From the NCBI GenBank assembly GCA_041158765.1, contig JBEBAU010000018.1, forward strand, positions 2,557-66,556: a stretch of DNA of 64,000 nt. Reading direction: 5' to 3'. The stretch is from Candidatus Parcubacteria bacterium (GTDB lineage Bacteria; Patescibacteriota; Minisyncoccia; Phycocordibacterales; PALSA-1337). The notes beneath the pieces are model-generated. The model ran no database searches. It was not told the origin of the DNA and worked only from the letters and a program-made list of their open reading frames with translations. Every line of letters begins with the position of its first letter. The first letter of the stretch is position 1. The translations under genes and the position numbers were made by a program. Positions 19,080 through 29,385 of this stretch are shown in pieces.

Positions 19080-19691
19080 ATGAAATCTGATACTGAAGAA
19101 AATAAAAAAAATGATACAACTGAGGTAGATTCTGCCGAGGATATTTCATATGAAACTGGCGTCGAGGGAGACGTTGATGACTCTGTCGTAGCAGAAGAAT
19201 CTCTCCAAGAAACCGTGAAGAAGCTTCGTGCCAAGCTCGCAAAAGCTGTTGCAGAAAAACAGGAGTATCTCACTGGTTGGCAGAAGGACAAAGCAGAATT
19301 TCTAAATGCTCGTAAGCGTGACAAAGAATCAAGCGATATGATTGTGAAGTACGCTTCAGAGAATCTCGTGAATGAACTCATTCCTGTGCTCGATAGCTTC
19401 AATATGGCTATGGGAAACAAAGACGCTTGGGATAAAGTCGAGAAGAATTGGCGTACTGGTGTTGAGTATATTTTTGGACAGTTGAAAAAGACTCTCGAAG
19501 ATAATGGTCTCAAAGAAATTGATCCTATCGGTCAAAAATTCGATCCAGCTCGTGATGAAGCAATTAGTTTTGATCCTGTAGATGACGAAAAACAAGATCA
19601 CATTATCACCACCGTGATCCAAAAAGGCTATATGCTCAACGGCAAAGTTCTCAAAGCTCCAAAGGTAAAAGTAGGAGAATTCAAAAAATAA
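19080..19691 (+). CDS. grpE: Nucleotide exchange factor GrpE
   Basis: AEFLNARKR, LIPVLDSF, FDP..DEA, QKGYMLNGKVLKAPKVKV. Confidence 0.95.
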   Translation: MKSDTEENKKNDTTEVDSAEDISYETGVEGDVDDSVVAEESLQETVKKLRAKLAKAVAEKQEYLTGWQKDKAEFLNARKRDKESSDMIVKYASENLVNELIPVLDSFNMAMGNKDAWDKVEKNWRTGVEYIFGQLKKTLEDNGLKEIDPIGQKFDPARDEAISFDPVDDEKQDHIITTVIQKGYMLNGKVLKAPKVKVGEFKK

Positions 19692-19719
19692 AAATCACCC
19701 GTGTAATTCAGAGGTGATT

Positions 19720-20166
19720 CTAGCCAGACTTTTTGGCTGCGACAGGACGATGGAGGAGTAATACGACTTCGCTTGCTGAGAGTTCGAAGACTGCTCCGAA
19801 CTTATGGCCCCAGAATTGCTTCCAAGGGAAACGCACAGGAATCTCTCCATTCAAATATCCCTTAGCATCAATCCACGCCCCCGGTTTTTTGAATGCCGGG
19901 TCGGGCCAGATCGTTGGCGCCGTAATCGGCTTGATTTGCCCAGCTGACATTTCTTCGCGGAATGCATTGAATTGCTCGACGGTATCGTATCCATTTACGA
20001 ACCAAGCATCACATCCTGGTTTTTTTAATAACACCCCCTCATCGTGCGGCACCAGATCAGTCCAATGATCAGATCCATGCAAAACAAGAAGCGTGCCATC
20101 AGGATGTCCTTCGATTACTTGAGCCAAGCTTCCGCCACGTATTGGGAATAGTGTGACTGTGTTCAT
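19720..20166 (-). CDS. Orphan hypothetical protein
   Basis: 148 aa ORF; minus-strand TTGCAA-17 nt-TATAAC upstream. Confidence 0.6.
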   Translation of the reverse strand: MNTVTLFPIRGGSLAQVIEGHPDGTLLVLHGSDHWTDLVPHDEGVLLKKPGCDAWFVNGYDTVEQFNAFREEMSAGQIKPITAPTIWPDPAFKKPGAWIDAKGYLNGEIPVRFPWKQFWGHKFGAVFELSASEVVLLLHRPVAAKKSG

Positions 20167-20268
20167 TTTTCGTTTTTTACTGTGCCATCATGACACATGC
20201 AATTTTGCTTGTTATAGCACCGAAATATCTCTTTTGCAACCAATTCTTTGTGATAAACTATACCCATT

Positions 20269-23244
20269 ATGGCGTCAAAATCTTTTTCAAAATCTGTCTT
20301 CAAAACCCGCTACGCACAGCTTAATCCGAAGCAAAAGAAGGCTGTAGATACCATAGATGGCCCTGTAATGGTCATTGCGGGCCCTGGAACAGGTAAGACG
20401 TCTATTCTTACACTTCGTATCGCAAACATCCTAGAAAGGACAGATACACCAGCGAATGGAATCCTCGCTATCACATACACTGACGCAGGTGTGAAAGCAA
20501 TGCGCATGAAGCTCAAAGAAATCATTGGCGATCAAGCTCATGATGTAAAAATTTTCACATTCCACGGCTTCGCTGCGGCAATGATTGCTGAATATCCAGA
20601 CCATTTCCTTCATCTTGGAGAAATGAAACAAATGACGGATATTGAACAAGAGTCATTAATTCGAAAGATTATTTCGGAGTCACGGTTTTCAGATTTGAGG
20701 CCGCTTGGTAAACCAGATGCATATGTTTCAACTATTATTCGATCTATTGATGAAACAAAACGCGAAGCACTAACACCTGAAATGGTAATTGCACATGCCG
20801 AAGCAGAGATAGAGCGAATTTCAAAAGACGAGGATTCTATTTCAACTCGAGGTGCAACAAAAGGCCTCTTGAAAGCAGATGCACGCGAAGCTATCGAGAA
20901 GTGCAAGCGAACGAAGCTCTTCGCTGGAGTATATGAATTATATGAAAAAGAGAAGCGGGAGATGAAAAAGATGGATTTCAATGATCTTATTATTGAAATA
21001 CTTACAGCATTTCGAAATGATGAATTATTGCTTCGATTGATTCAGGAACGATTCTTGTATATTCATGTTGATGAACATCAGGATACGAATGATGCACAGA
21101 ACTTCATTGTGGCACTTATTGCAGAGTTTTTTGAAACACCAAACGTATTCATTGTGGGAGATGAAAAGCAGGCTATCTATCGTTTCCAAGGTGCTTCCGT
21201 CGAAAACTTTTTGCGTATGCAAAAGCGTTGGCCTGCAATGGAGCTCATTTCACTTGATACGAATTATCGCTCACATCAGAGCATTCTCGATGCTTCATAT
21301 GCAATGATTGAACACAACTATGGTGATGAAAAAGAGCATGCTGAATTGCGAATTAGGCTAGAATCGGGGCTTGATGAAACAGCTCGGCCGATCGAGATCG
21401 TGACCGGAGAGAATGTCGCGGCGGCCGAGCTGTATATGGTCAAAGAGCTCCAGAATCTCACTGAGAAGGAACCCGAAGCGAGCGTAGCTATTATTGTGCG
21501 AAGAAATCGTGATCTTGATCGAGTAATTCGTCTTCTTGAGTCAAATAATGTCCCTGTTTCATCTGAGCGAAGTGTGGATATTTTTAATCATCCAATTGGT
21601 TCGCTCTTTTTCGAACTCATTACGTATCTTGCGGATTCAACACGAATAGATGCACTTGCAAAGACCGTAATGATGGGACTTTGGGATATCTCTTTTGAAG
21701 AAGGGGCGCTATTCGTGCGTAAACTTTCAAGTGGACAGTCAGGTGAAATCAGCGATAAGATTCCAGCTATTACTCGTCTTCGATCACGACTTATGTCTGA
21801 CGGGGCTGTTGCTTTCCTTATTCACTTGGCCGAGGAATCAGGTTTCATTAAGTTGGTTGCTACTGACCCTTCATATGTTCATGTGTGGCGAGGTATTGTT
21901 GCACTTGCCGAATCACTTACACGTGAAAGTGAAATTCGTGACCCAATGAAACTCATGCACGATATGCTTGCATATCGAACTTCTGCCGAGACTCGCACGG
22001 TCAAAGTCGCAGTGGGAGCACCGCATGTTGCGATACAAGCTATGACAGCTCACGGTAGCAAGGGTCTTGAATTTGATTACGTATTCATACCATATGCTAA
22101 TGAAGAGGGTTGGGTGGGACGATCTCGTGGTAATTCATTTGTATTACCAAAAAAGCAGACAGTAGATAGCGATATTCGCGATATTCGCCGGCTCTTTTAT
22201 GTTGCAGTGACACGTGCACGCAAACACGTGGTAATTCTTCCTGCACTCGAAGAATCTGATGGTAAAATTTTGACTCCAATTCGTTTCATATCAGAACTAG
22301 ATGAAAAGCATGTAGTTACAGCGACATTGCCGCGCATTGGTATTGAAAGCATACACACAGCTATCGAAGATCAGACTGGTGCTCATTCTGCCGAAATTGC
22401 TATTCAAAAAAAGCTTATTGATATGACTAAGCATGTGCTTGTTGAAAAGGGTCTTTCGGTGACCGCTCTCAATCACTTTCTTACATGTCCGAATCGATTT
22501 TTGTATCAGAGTATTTTGAAATTACCACAAGCCCCTTCAGTTCCTGCAGAAAAGGGAAATGCAATGCACTCCGCTATTGCTCGGGTATGGAATTCAGAGT
22601 CAAGACAAGAGAGTGGAGCCACCTCTAGAATCGAGAGCACACTTACCGAAGCCGTAGCTGAATATATGAGTGAATCTCTTCTCCCCGTGCTCGAAAAGGA
22701 CGCAGTAAAAAAAGAGCTTTTTGATTCTATTCCTGATGTTGCACGAGAATTGACTCCGCATTTTCATGTTTCAACATCTACTATGGGAATTTTTGTTGAA
22801 TCATGGGCTGAGACACTTTTCACCGGTTCATATGAAAAAACACCTATTCATATTCCACTTCACGGCAAGCTTGATGCCGTCATTGATACTGGTAGCTCAG
22901 TACAGGTGTTTGATTACAAAACTCGCCAAGCAATGTCGGTGAATGCAATTATGGGTGAAACAAAATCTTCAGATGGAAGTTATTTCCGCCAACTTATTTA
23001 TTATCAAATGCTCCTCCAGAATGATATTCGATGGAAGGGGAAGAAGATTGTTCCTTCACTTGTATTCGTTTCACCAGATGAAAAAGGCCGTTGCCCAATT
23101 GTTTCATTGCCAATTCAAGAAACTGATATTGCACGGGTAAAAGATGAAATACAAAAACTCATTGAGAGTGTCTGGAGTGGTGCTATTGCTCGCACAAAAT
23201 GTGACGATCAAAAGTGTGAGTGGTGCCCAATGCGCTCACTCTAA
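20269..23244 (+). CDS. UvrD/PcrA-family SF1 helicase with C-terminal PD-(D/E)XK nuclease (AddA/AdnB-like)
   Basis: AGPGTGKT, VDEHQDTN, VGDEKQAIYRFQGA, NYRS, TAHGSKGLEF, YVAVTRA; C-terminal GKLDAV..DYKT, QL.YY and Cys cluster (CP...C..C..C). Confidence 0.93.
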   Translation: MASKSFSKSVFKTRYAQLNPKQKKAVDTIDGPVMVIAGPGTGKTSILTLRIANILERTDTPANGILAITYTDAGVKAMRMKLKEIIGDQAHDVKIFTFHGFAAAMIAEYPDHFLHLGEMKQMTDIEQESLIRKIISESRFSDLRPLGKPDAYVSTIIRSIDETKREALTPEMVIAHAEAEIERISKDEDSISTRGATKGLLKADAREAIEKCKRTKLFAGVYELYEKEKREMKKMDFNDLIIEILTAFRNDELLLRLIQERFLYIHVDEHQDTNDAQNFIVALIAEFFETPNVFIVGDEKQAIYRFQGASVENFLRMQKRWPAMELISLDTNYRSHQSILDASYAMIEHNYGDEKEHAELRIRLESGLDETARPIEIVTGENVAAAELYMVKELQNLTEKEPEASVAIIVRRNRDLDRVIRLLESNNVPVSSERSVDIFNHPIGSLFFELITYLADSTRIDALAKTVMMGLWDISFEEGALFVRKLSSGQSGEISDKIPAITRLRSRLMSDGAVAFLIHLAEESGFIKLVATDPSYVHVWRGIVALAESLTRESEIRDPMKLMHDMLAYRTSAETRTVKVAVGAPHVAIQAMTAHGSKGLEFDYVFIPYANEEGWVGRSRGNSFVLPKKQTVDSDIRDIRRLFYVAVTRARKHVVILPALEESDGKILTPIRFISELDEKHVVTATLPRIGIESIHTAIEDQTGAHSAEIAIQKKLIDMTKHVLVEKGLSVTALNHFLTCPNRFLYQSILKLPQAPSVPAEKGNAMHSAIARVWNSESRQESGATSRIESTLTEAVAEYMSESLLPVLEKDAVKKELFDSIPDVARELTPHFHVSTSTMGIFVESWAETLFTGSYEKTPIHIPLHGKLDAVIDTGSSVQVFDYKTRQAMSVNAIMGETKSSDGSYFRQLIYYQMLLQNDIRWKGKKIVPSLVFVSPDEKGRCPIVSLPIQETDIARVKDEIQKLIESVWSGAIARTKCDDQKCEWCPMRSL

Positions 23245-23988
23245 CTATTGACCCAAAAGACCATCAAGAGCGTTCTTGAGGGTTGCGTATGACTGTGCGC
23301 CGTTTACAGGGATTTGTTTGCCATTTGCTGTGATAATGACGCTATAAGGAGTGCCTGAAACCCCAGCATTAATTCCTTCGAGATAATCTGCATCAACCTC
23401 TGCCTTGTTTTTGCCGCTGCTTAGGCATGTTTTGAATTCTGTTTTGTCGAGACCGGCGTACACTGCGATTTCGGGAAGTTGCGCAGGGTTGAGTCCTTCT
23501 GGTGTAGCGTTGGTAACTGAAGGTGTTATTGAATAGAGGCGATTCGCATATGCCCAAAACTTGTCATTACCACCAAGATCAGCTGCACATTCCATAGCCT
23601 GTGCTTCGGTGCCAGCGTTCTTATGAAGAATATTGCCGTTCTCATCTGCTTGATCAAGAGGGAAATGACGATACACCCAAGCTACATTTCCAGTTTTGCC
23701 ATACTCAGTCATAACCTGAAGCATTGTTGCGTGGAATATTTTGCAGAATGGACATGAAGCATCAGAGTATTCAACAATCTTTATTTTTGCATTTGGATTA
23801 CCCAAAATATGGTCGTCGCTCGTCACGGCTCTTACTTCTTGAATCTGTGAAGGAATTTGCTGTGCAGTAACTGCTGCAGGGACAGGCTTTTTTGTCCAAA
23901 TAACCGCACCTGCGATAATTGCACCAGCAACAATAATAGCAACAGGAATTGTGATAACTGATTGAGGTTTTGGTTGATTTGGTTCCAT
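23245..23988 (-). CDS. DsbA-family thioredoxin-fold protein
   Basis: N-terminal TM, EYSDASCPFC, YRHFPL, GVSGTP. Confidence 0.92.
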   Translation of the reverse strand: MEPNQPKPQSVITIPVAIIVAGAIIAGAVIWTKKPVPAAVTAQQIPSQIQEVRAVTSDDHILGNPNAKIKIVEYSDASCPFCKIFHATMLQVMTEYGKTGNVAWVYRHFPLDQADENGNILHKNAGTEAQAMECAADLGGNDKFWAYANRLYSITPSVTNATPEGLNPAQLPEIAVYAGLDKTEFKTCLSSGKNKAEVDADYLEGINAGVSGTPYSVIITANGKQIPVNGAQSYATLKNALDGLLGQ

Positions 23989-24026
23989 ATTTTTATTAGG
24001 TTATGTGTTGATAGTATATCACGGAC

Positions 24027-24647
24027 CTAAAATGGCAATGTGAAAGTCATCGCCTCGCCCCCAGCTGTTTCCCAATGTGTTGTATCAAGCTTGATGTCTT
24101 TGATTGCATTACCGGGTCCAAAATCTCGATACTTTATGTGCTTATTTTTCAGAGCGTATTCATAGAGCTCTTTTGTAATTTTCACATCTTCGAGACAATA
24201 CTTGATGATTTTGTCTATTTCACCACTTTTCCACCATGCAATAGCTTCGAGACCATGACCAGACTTCTTTTTGCCTAGAGTTGCTTCGGCGAGTGTGTCG
24301 AGTTTGATGCGTTTGCCGAGAGAATTCCGTACTTCAACAAGGAGATCGAGACTCTTTATTTTTGAAAGGTCACCAGAGTAGTATTTGTTGAGCAGTGGTA
24401 TATCAAAATGTTCTCCATTGAACGTAATGAGCATATCCGCTTGTTCAATAATCGGCCAAAGCTTCGGTAAGTCCTCAACAAGATAGCTCGAGTATCCTGA
24501 ACCGGGTTCTGACGGAGCCTTGCCAGTGCCATCATCTGCAGCTGAATCGTGAATACACACAACAGATATATCAAGCGCTGAAGATTCGGTTGAACCGACT
24601 TCCTGAAAGGTGTTTCGTGTTTCAATATCAAAAGTAATTTTGCGCAT
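24027..24647 (-). CDS. RNase H-like / DnaQ-type 3'-5' exonuclease domain protein
   Basis: FDIET, FNGEHFDIP, YCLEDV motifs. Confidence 0.85.
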   Translation of the reverse strand: MRKITFDIETRNTFQEVGSTESSALDISVVCIHDSAADDGTGKAPSEPGSGYSSYLVEDLPKLWPIIEQADMLITFNGEHFDIPLLNKYYSGDLSKIKSLDLLVEVRNSLGKRIKLDTLAEATLGKKKSGHGLEAIAWWKSGEIDKIIKYCLEDVKITKELYEYALKNKHIKYRDFGPGNAIKDIKLDTTHWETAGGEAMTFTLPF

Positions 24648-24776
24648 ATAGTGTGGTGTTGAGTGTGTGTAGTTTGTATTGTGTGTCGCTGTATTGTACG
24701 GGAATGATACATGACGGGCAAGTTCGGTGTGGAATTACGTATTTGAGTGACTATATCGGTATGGTAGTATTATTGT

Positions 24777-27700
24777 ATGAAAATGTACTATAAATTGGTG
24801 TTTTTTATTGCAGTTTTTATTTTTATTCCACTAAGTAGTGCATCAGCACAGACAGCAATTGGATCAGTTGTCACTGCTCCAAACTGGGGCTGTAGTTCTA
24901 CAGATACAGCACATCCATTTATTACTCGAACAGATATCATTTACGATGTATATAATACACCACAGTCATTTTATCCTCTGACACAGTCTTGTGTTTCAGG
25001 TACACTACTCGTCTCATATTCTGATGTCTTAGATATAACTCTATACTCCACAACTACCATGGAGATATCCTGCGTCGAAAGTGTTGGTGGAGTCTGGACA
25101 AAAGGTACTATCAAGATTACCGGACCAGGTACATTCAATAACGACAAAAACCCAATAGTCTGTCCAGGATCAATTTGGCAAGGGGGAATTTTTGCTAATT
25201 CATTTATTTTGAAATCAAATGCTGTTGCTGCAACATCAACCCTTGTTTCAGCAACCGCTGCTTCATCGACACTCACACTTACGGGTACCGGCTTTAGTCC
25301 TACAGGAAACACCGTGGTTGTAACATCTTCTGCTGGAGTTTCAGTTACTATTCCTAATGTCTCAAGTATTTCAAGCACTTCGATGGTTGTTACTTTGCCA
25401 TCGGGTTACACAATTGCAGATACATATACCGTAAAGGTTTTGCCATCTGGCGGATCTCTATATAGCAATACTACGAGTTTCACAATTAGGTCAGTAGACA
25501 TTGCTGTTATCACAGTTACAGGAGCAATGTTGAGCGGTGCAATATGTAATTGGGTAGATACCAATATTACTGGGCCAAATAAACTACAGAAGACACTTTG
25601 TATTGCGCCTTTCATGAAAAGCACAGCTAAAGTTGTGAAGCAGATAAAAGATGCTACAGATGCTGCTCTCGCCGCAAATAAAAAAGTGATGATTGTAAGT
25701 CAGTGTATCGGATCACTTATAGCGTATAACGTTATCGCTCAGTATTACAAAACATATGTTGATAAGGGTCTTGTTGAAATTGTATACGTTGATCCTCCAT
25801 ACGGTGGTTCATTCGCGAATGCACTTTTTAGCCGAGTTTTCCCGGGACAATATGCACCACGCGCACAAGCAATTGCTGGTGGTATCAAATATGACTCTCG
25901 AATGATTGATTGGACACGAGGAGAAGGACTTCTACATTTGTTTACACACGATGCTTTCACCTATCCAAATTACGGAAAGAATTCAACGAATCTTGCCGCT
26001 TTGAGTAATGTGATCCAAAAAAAGGTCACGACTCTAGCTTCAACTAGCCCAACACCATTTTCACCACAGGGTGGAATTATGATTGCAAGTGCACCAGTTG
26101 TTTCTGGCGTGAGCGTGGATGGTGTGAATAGCGAGTCAATTACAACTGATCAAGATATAACGGTGAATGCTACGGGTCTTCAGGGTGATGGAAACTATAT
26201 CTATATTCAGAATAATGAAAATCCGCAGATTTATTACACAATATACGGATTGCTTCCTGCAGGCGCTGGAGATTCGCTTATTTTCAATCTTCCTCTCAAA
26301 CCAGAGCTGGGCTTCGATGTAACGCCAGGTTCATACTCATTGTTTGTTGGTGCGCGTGATAGCGATTTGAGTAATAGTTTTACAATCAATATTGCTTCTC
26401 CAAGACTCGGTATACCACCATCTGTTACAGATCTTCCAATGAATATGAAATCTGGGGACATGGTAAGTATTCAGGGTAGCGGATTTCAGCCAGCAGGGAA
26501 TCAGGTGCGTTTTGTACTCGTACCAAATCCAACACAGAGCGCTAACGTAATTGATTTGTGGAATGTACTGATAGATTTCTTTTTGAAAATAAAAAATAAA
26601 TTACTTACACTTGTTTTTGCCCAGACAATTTCAGGTGAATCTCTAGTTGGTTTTGTTCCTGATTATATTATTAGAGACATTCCAAGTAACGGCACTTCAC
26701 TTTCATTCTCTCTTCCTTCAGATATTCCGAGCGGAACATATCTTGTCTCTGTTGCGGGACCTGATACTAATTGGACACCGGGCACAGCAACAGTTATTAC
26801 TAACACCCGAGCAGGTCAGTCGGTAATTTATCAAACATCAGACAGCGTTGCCGCTCAAACAATATACGGATGTTATATCGGATATTCATTTGATTCCGCT
26901 ACCAATCCAAACGCATCTAAGGGATATTCAACTAATGCTTCTGACCTTTGTTATTACCAATACGGCGGTAATAAAGCTTCACAGATTGTGGGATATTCAT
27001 GTCCAACAGGATATACACTCAATAATGAAACGAAGATGTGTCTTTCAACTCAATCAGGCCCAATTACTATCGGACCAGTTGTGAAGGCGTACACATGTCC
27101 TTCAGGACACGGTATTGTTACATCGAATATCTGTGCATATTTTCCAACCGGACTTTGGTCAACAGCAAAAGCAACATATACTTGCCCGATCGGATATAGC
27201 ATTACCGGTAGTACGTGTACGGTAAGTGTTCCAACAGGATTAACGGCGGTTTCAAAAAGTATTGGAACAGTAGATCTTTCATGGAAAAATGTGAAAACGC
27301 TCTACGCTGATTCTCTTGTTCTAGAGCGCGCTACTAATGTTGCTGGTCCATTCACAACGATTGCAACATTGAGCACTTCAAGCCTCAAATATTCTGATAA
27401 GAATCTTTCTTCACAAGAGAAGTATTCATATCGAGTTCGCATCCTTCGAACTGATGGTTCATATTCAAATCCAACAAATACCGTTACAGTATCAACCAAG
27501 GCTGTCTCTGTTCCAGTAATTACTCTCGCCACAAAAGCCGGCACTTCAACAATAGCTTTGAAATTGGCTGGAAAAGACGCCCTTCTCGGATTTAATTTGT
27601 TTGGTGGTTCTACTGGGGTGATGGATTTCATCATCGCAACAACCTCAAAGACATATACAGTTCGTGATCTTGCTCCATCAACTAAATACTGTTTCGTTGC

Positions 27701-28028
27701 ACAGGCAATATTCAATGAATTGAGTGTTTCAACCTCATCAAAGGCTCTCTGCGCCACGACTGCAGCAGTTGCAACACCGGTGAATACAACACCAGCTACA
27801 ACCGCTACACCGGCTGCAAATACCGCTGCACCAACTACTGTGTCAGCCTCAGTTGGCGGATATACATGTCCAACAAATTACACATATGTGTCTGCAAGTT
27901 CAGGAATGGGTAATTGTCTTGCAACAATATTCTTCTCAGGTCCAGCACCAACACCTCCAATACCAACACCGATATACACATGCCCAAGCGGATATGTATT
28001 AGGAACTGGTGGAGTCTGCAGCAAATAA
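24777..28028 (+). CDS. Large secreted surface protein: IPT/TIG-like repeats, alpha/beta-hydrolase-like insert, Cys-rich YxCPxGY repeats, FN3 domains
   Basis: Signal peptide; LTLTGTGF / VSIQGSGF (IPT); PTGLTA..VDLSW...YSYRVR (FN3); several YTCPxGY units; Thr/Pro-rich linker. Confidence 0.8.
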   Translation: MKMYYKLVFFIAVFIFIPLSSASAQTAIGSVVTAPNWGCSSTDTAHPFITRTDIIYDVYNTPQSFYPLTQSCVSGTLLVSYSDVLDITLYSTTTMEISCVESVGGVWTKGTIKITGPGTFNNDKNPIVCPGSIWQGGIFANSFILKSNAVAATSTLVSATAASSTLTLTGTGFSPTGNTVVVTSSAGVSVTIPNVSSISSTSMVVTLPSGYTIADTYTVKVLPSGGSLYSNTTSFTIRSVDIAVITVTGAMLSGAICNWVDTNITGPNKLQKTLCIAPFMKSTAKVVKQIKDATDAALAANKKVMIVSQCIGSLIAYNVIAQYYKTYVDKGLVEIVYVDPPYGGSFANALFSRVFPGQYAPRAQAIAGGIKYDSRMIDWTRGEGLLHLFTHDAFTYPNYGKNSTNLAALSNVIQKKVTTLASTSPTPFSPQGGIMIASAPVVSGVSVDGVNSESITTDQDITVNATGLQGDGNYIYIQNNENPQIYYTIYGLLPAGAGDSLIFNLPLKPELGFDVTPGSYSLFVGARDSDLSNSFTINIASPRLGIPPSVTDLPMNMKSGDMVSIQGSGFQPAGNQVRFVLVPNPTQSANVIDLWNVLIDFFLKIKNKLLTLVFAQTISGESLVGFVPDYIIRDIPSNGTSLSFSLPSDIPSGTYLVSVAGPDTNWTPGTATVITNTRAGQSVIYQTSDSVAAQTIYGCYIGYSFDSATNPNASKGYSTNASDLCYYQYGGNKASQIVGYSCPTGYTLNNETKMCLSTQSGPITIGPVVKAYTCPSGHGIVTSNICAYFPTGLWSTAKATYTCPIGYSITGSTCTVSVPTGLTAVSKSIGTVDLSWKNVKTLYADSLVLERATNVAGPFTTIATLSTSSLKYSDKNLSSQEKYSYRVRILRTDGSYSNPTNTVTVSTKAVSVPVITLATKAGTSTIALKLAGKDALLGFNLFGGSTGVMDFIIATTSKTYTVRDLAPSTKYCFVAQAIFNELSVSTSSKALCATTAAVATPVNTTPATTATPAANTAAPTTVSASVGGYTCPTNYTYVSASSGMGNCLATIFFSGPAPTPPIPTPIYTCPSGYVLGTGGVCSK

Positions 28029-28047
28029 TAACAGTTTTGAGAAAGAG

Positions 28048-29373
28048 TTAGAGTGAAAGAGAAGTCTCTACTCCAGAAACGAGCGTCTTGATCTTCAAGA
28101 TGCCGTTTTTTGTTTCTTCATCGCCAATGACGATGATATGTGGGACACCGCGCTTGTCTGCGGCTTTGATTTGATCGCCGATTTTGCGTCCAGAAATATC
28201 TACTGAAATTCGTGGTGAATTAATTCCTAATACTGTCTGTTCGCGGAGCTTTTTTGCGATAGCAAGTGCATAGTTTGTATTCTGTTCTCCAACAACAATA
28301 ATCATAATATCAGCAGGCGTAGATGCAGGGGGGAGTGAACCATATGTATCCATAAGATCAGATGCAATGACGTCTCCCATACCAAAACCAACAGCAGAGA
28401 CTTTGTCGCCACCAAACAAATCAAGGAGATCATCGTAGCGACCACCACCAGCAACAGATCGACGATTCTCTGGATTCTTGTCAAAAATTTCAAATACTAT
28501 ACCCGTATAGTAATCAGAACCACGTGTAAGTGTTTGATCAAAGACAGCATTGGTAATGCCAAGTTCCTCAAGCCCTGCGAGTACAGCTTTTATTTCACTA
28601 ATGCCTTCGTGTTCTTCGGTTGTTTGAGGGAGATTACTTGTGAATTCCTCGAAGTTTTTTGAATTGAGAATAGTAAGGAGCTTCGCGGTTTTTGTTTCAT
28701 CACCAAGTACTTCACTAATTGCGGTGACGAATACCTCCTTGGGCATCTTGTTCTTGCGATCGATTGCCTTCAAAAGTGCATTTGCTTTCACTTCATCAAG
28801 ACCGAATATATCACGACCGATATAGTTCATGACCTTGCGATTGTGAATACGAATTTCAAAATCAGTGTCTGTGAGACCAAGCTTGCGAGTAATATCGTAT
28901 GCGATTTGAATACATTCAATCTCAGCGGCGAGACTTGATACGCCGAAAATATCCATATTATATTGCCAAAATTCACGAAGACGACCGCGCTGAGGATTCT
29001 CATATCTGAAAAGGTTCGGTATCGAATACCAACGAAGAGGGTATACAAGTTCGCGCTTACGAGCAGCAACCATGCGGGCAACTGTCGGTGTCATTTCTGG
29101 TCGAAGCGTTACTTCACGGTCACCTCGATCGATAAAGGTATATGTCTGTTGATTGATGATTTCTTCGCCAGACTTAGCTCGATAGAGATCTGCTGGCTCA
29201 AGAACAGAAGCGTTGTATTCTTCATAGCCATACTTCTCACTCACACTGCGCCAAATATCAAAAATGTGCTTCTCAACAGCCATATCTGCCGGAAAGAAGT
29301 CTCGAACGCCTTTGTAGCTCTCGGTTGAGAGCTTGGGGTTAGCTTTTGCCTTGTGTTCATTCATGGGGTACAT
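28048..29373 (-). CDS. hisS: Histidine--tRNA ligase
   Basis: KGVRDF, LRPEMTP, RYENPQRGRLREFWQ, RGSDYYTG, GGGRYD; start may be 29364. Confidence 0.96.
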   Translation of the reverse strand: MYPMNEHKAKANPKLSTESYKGVRDFFPADMAVEKHIFDIWRSVSEKYGYEEYNASVLEPADLYRAKSGEEIINQQTYTFIDRGDREVTLRPEMTPTVARMVAARKRELVYPLRWYSIPNLFRYENPQRGRLREFWQYNMDIFGVSSLAAEIECIQIAYDITRKLGLTDTDFEIRIHNRKVMNYIGRDIFGLDEVKANALLKAIDRKNKMPKEVFVTAISEVLGDETKTAKLLTILNSKNFEEFTSNLPQTTEEHEGISEIKAVLAGLEELGITNAVFDQTLTRGSDYYTGIVFEIFDKNPENRRSVAGGGRYDDLLDLFGGDKVSAVGFGMGDVIASDLMDTYGSLPPASTPADIMIIVVGEQNTNYALAIAKKLREQTVLGINSPRISVDISGRKIGDQIKAADKRGVPHIIVIGDEETKNGILKIKTLVSGVETSLSL

Positions 29374-29385
29374 TGTAGCTAATAT

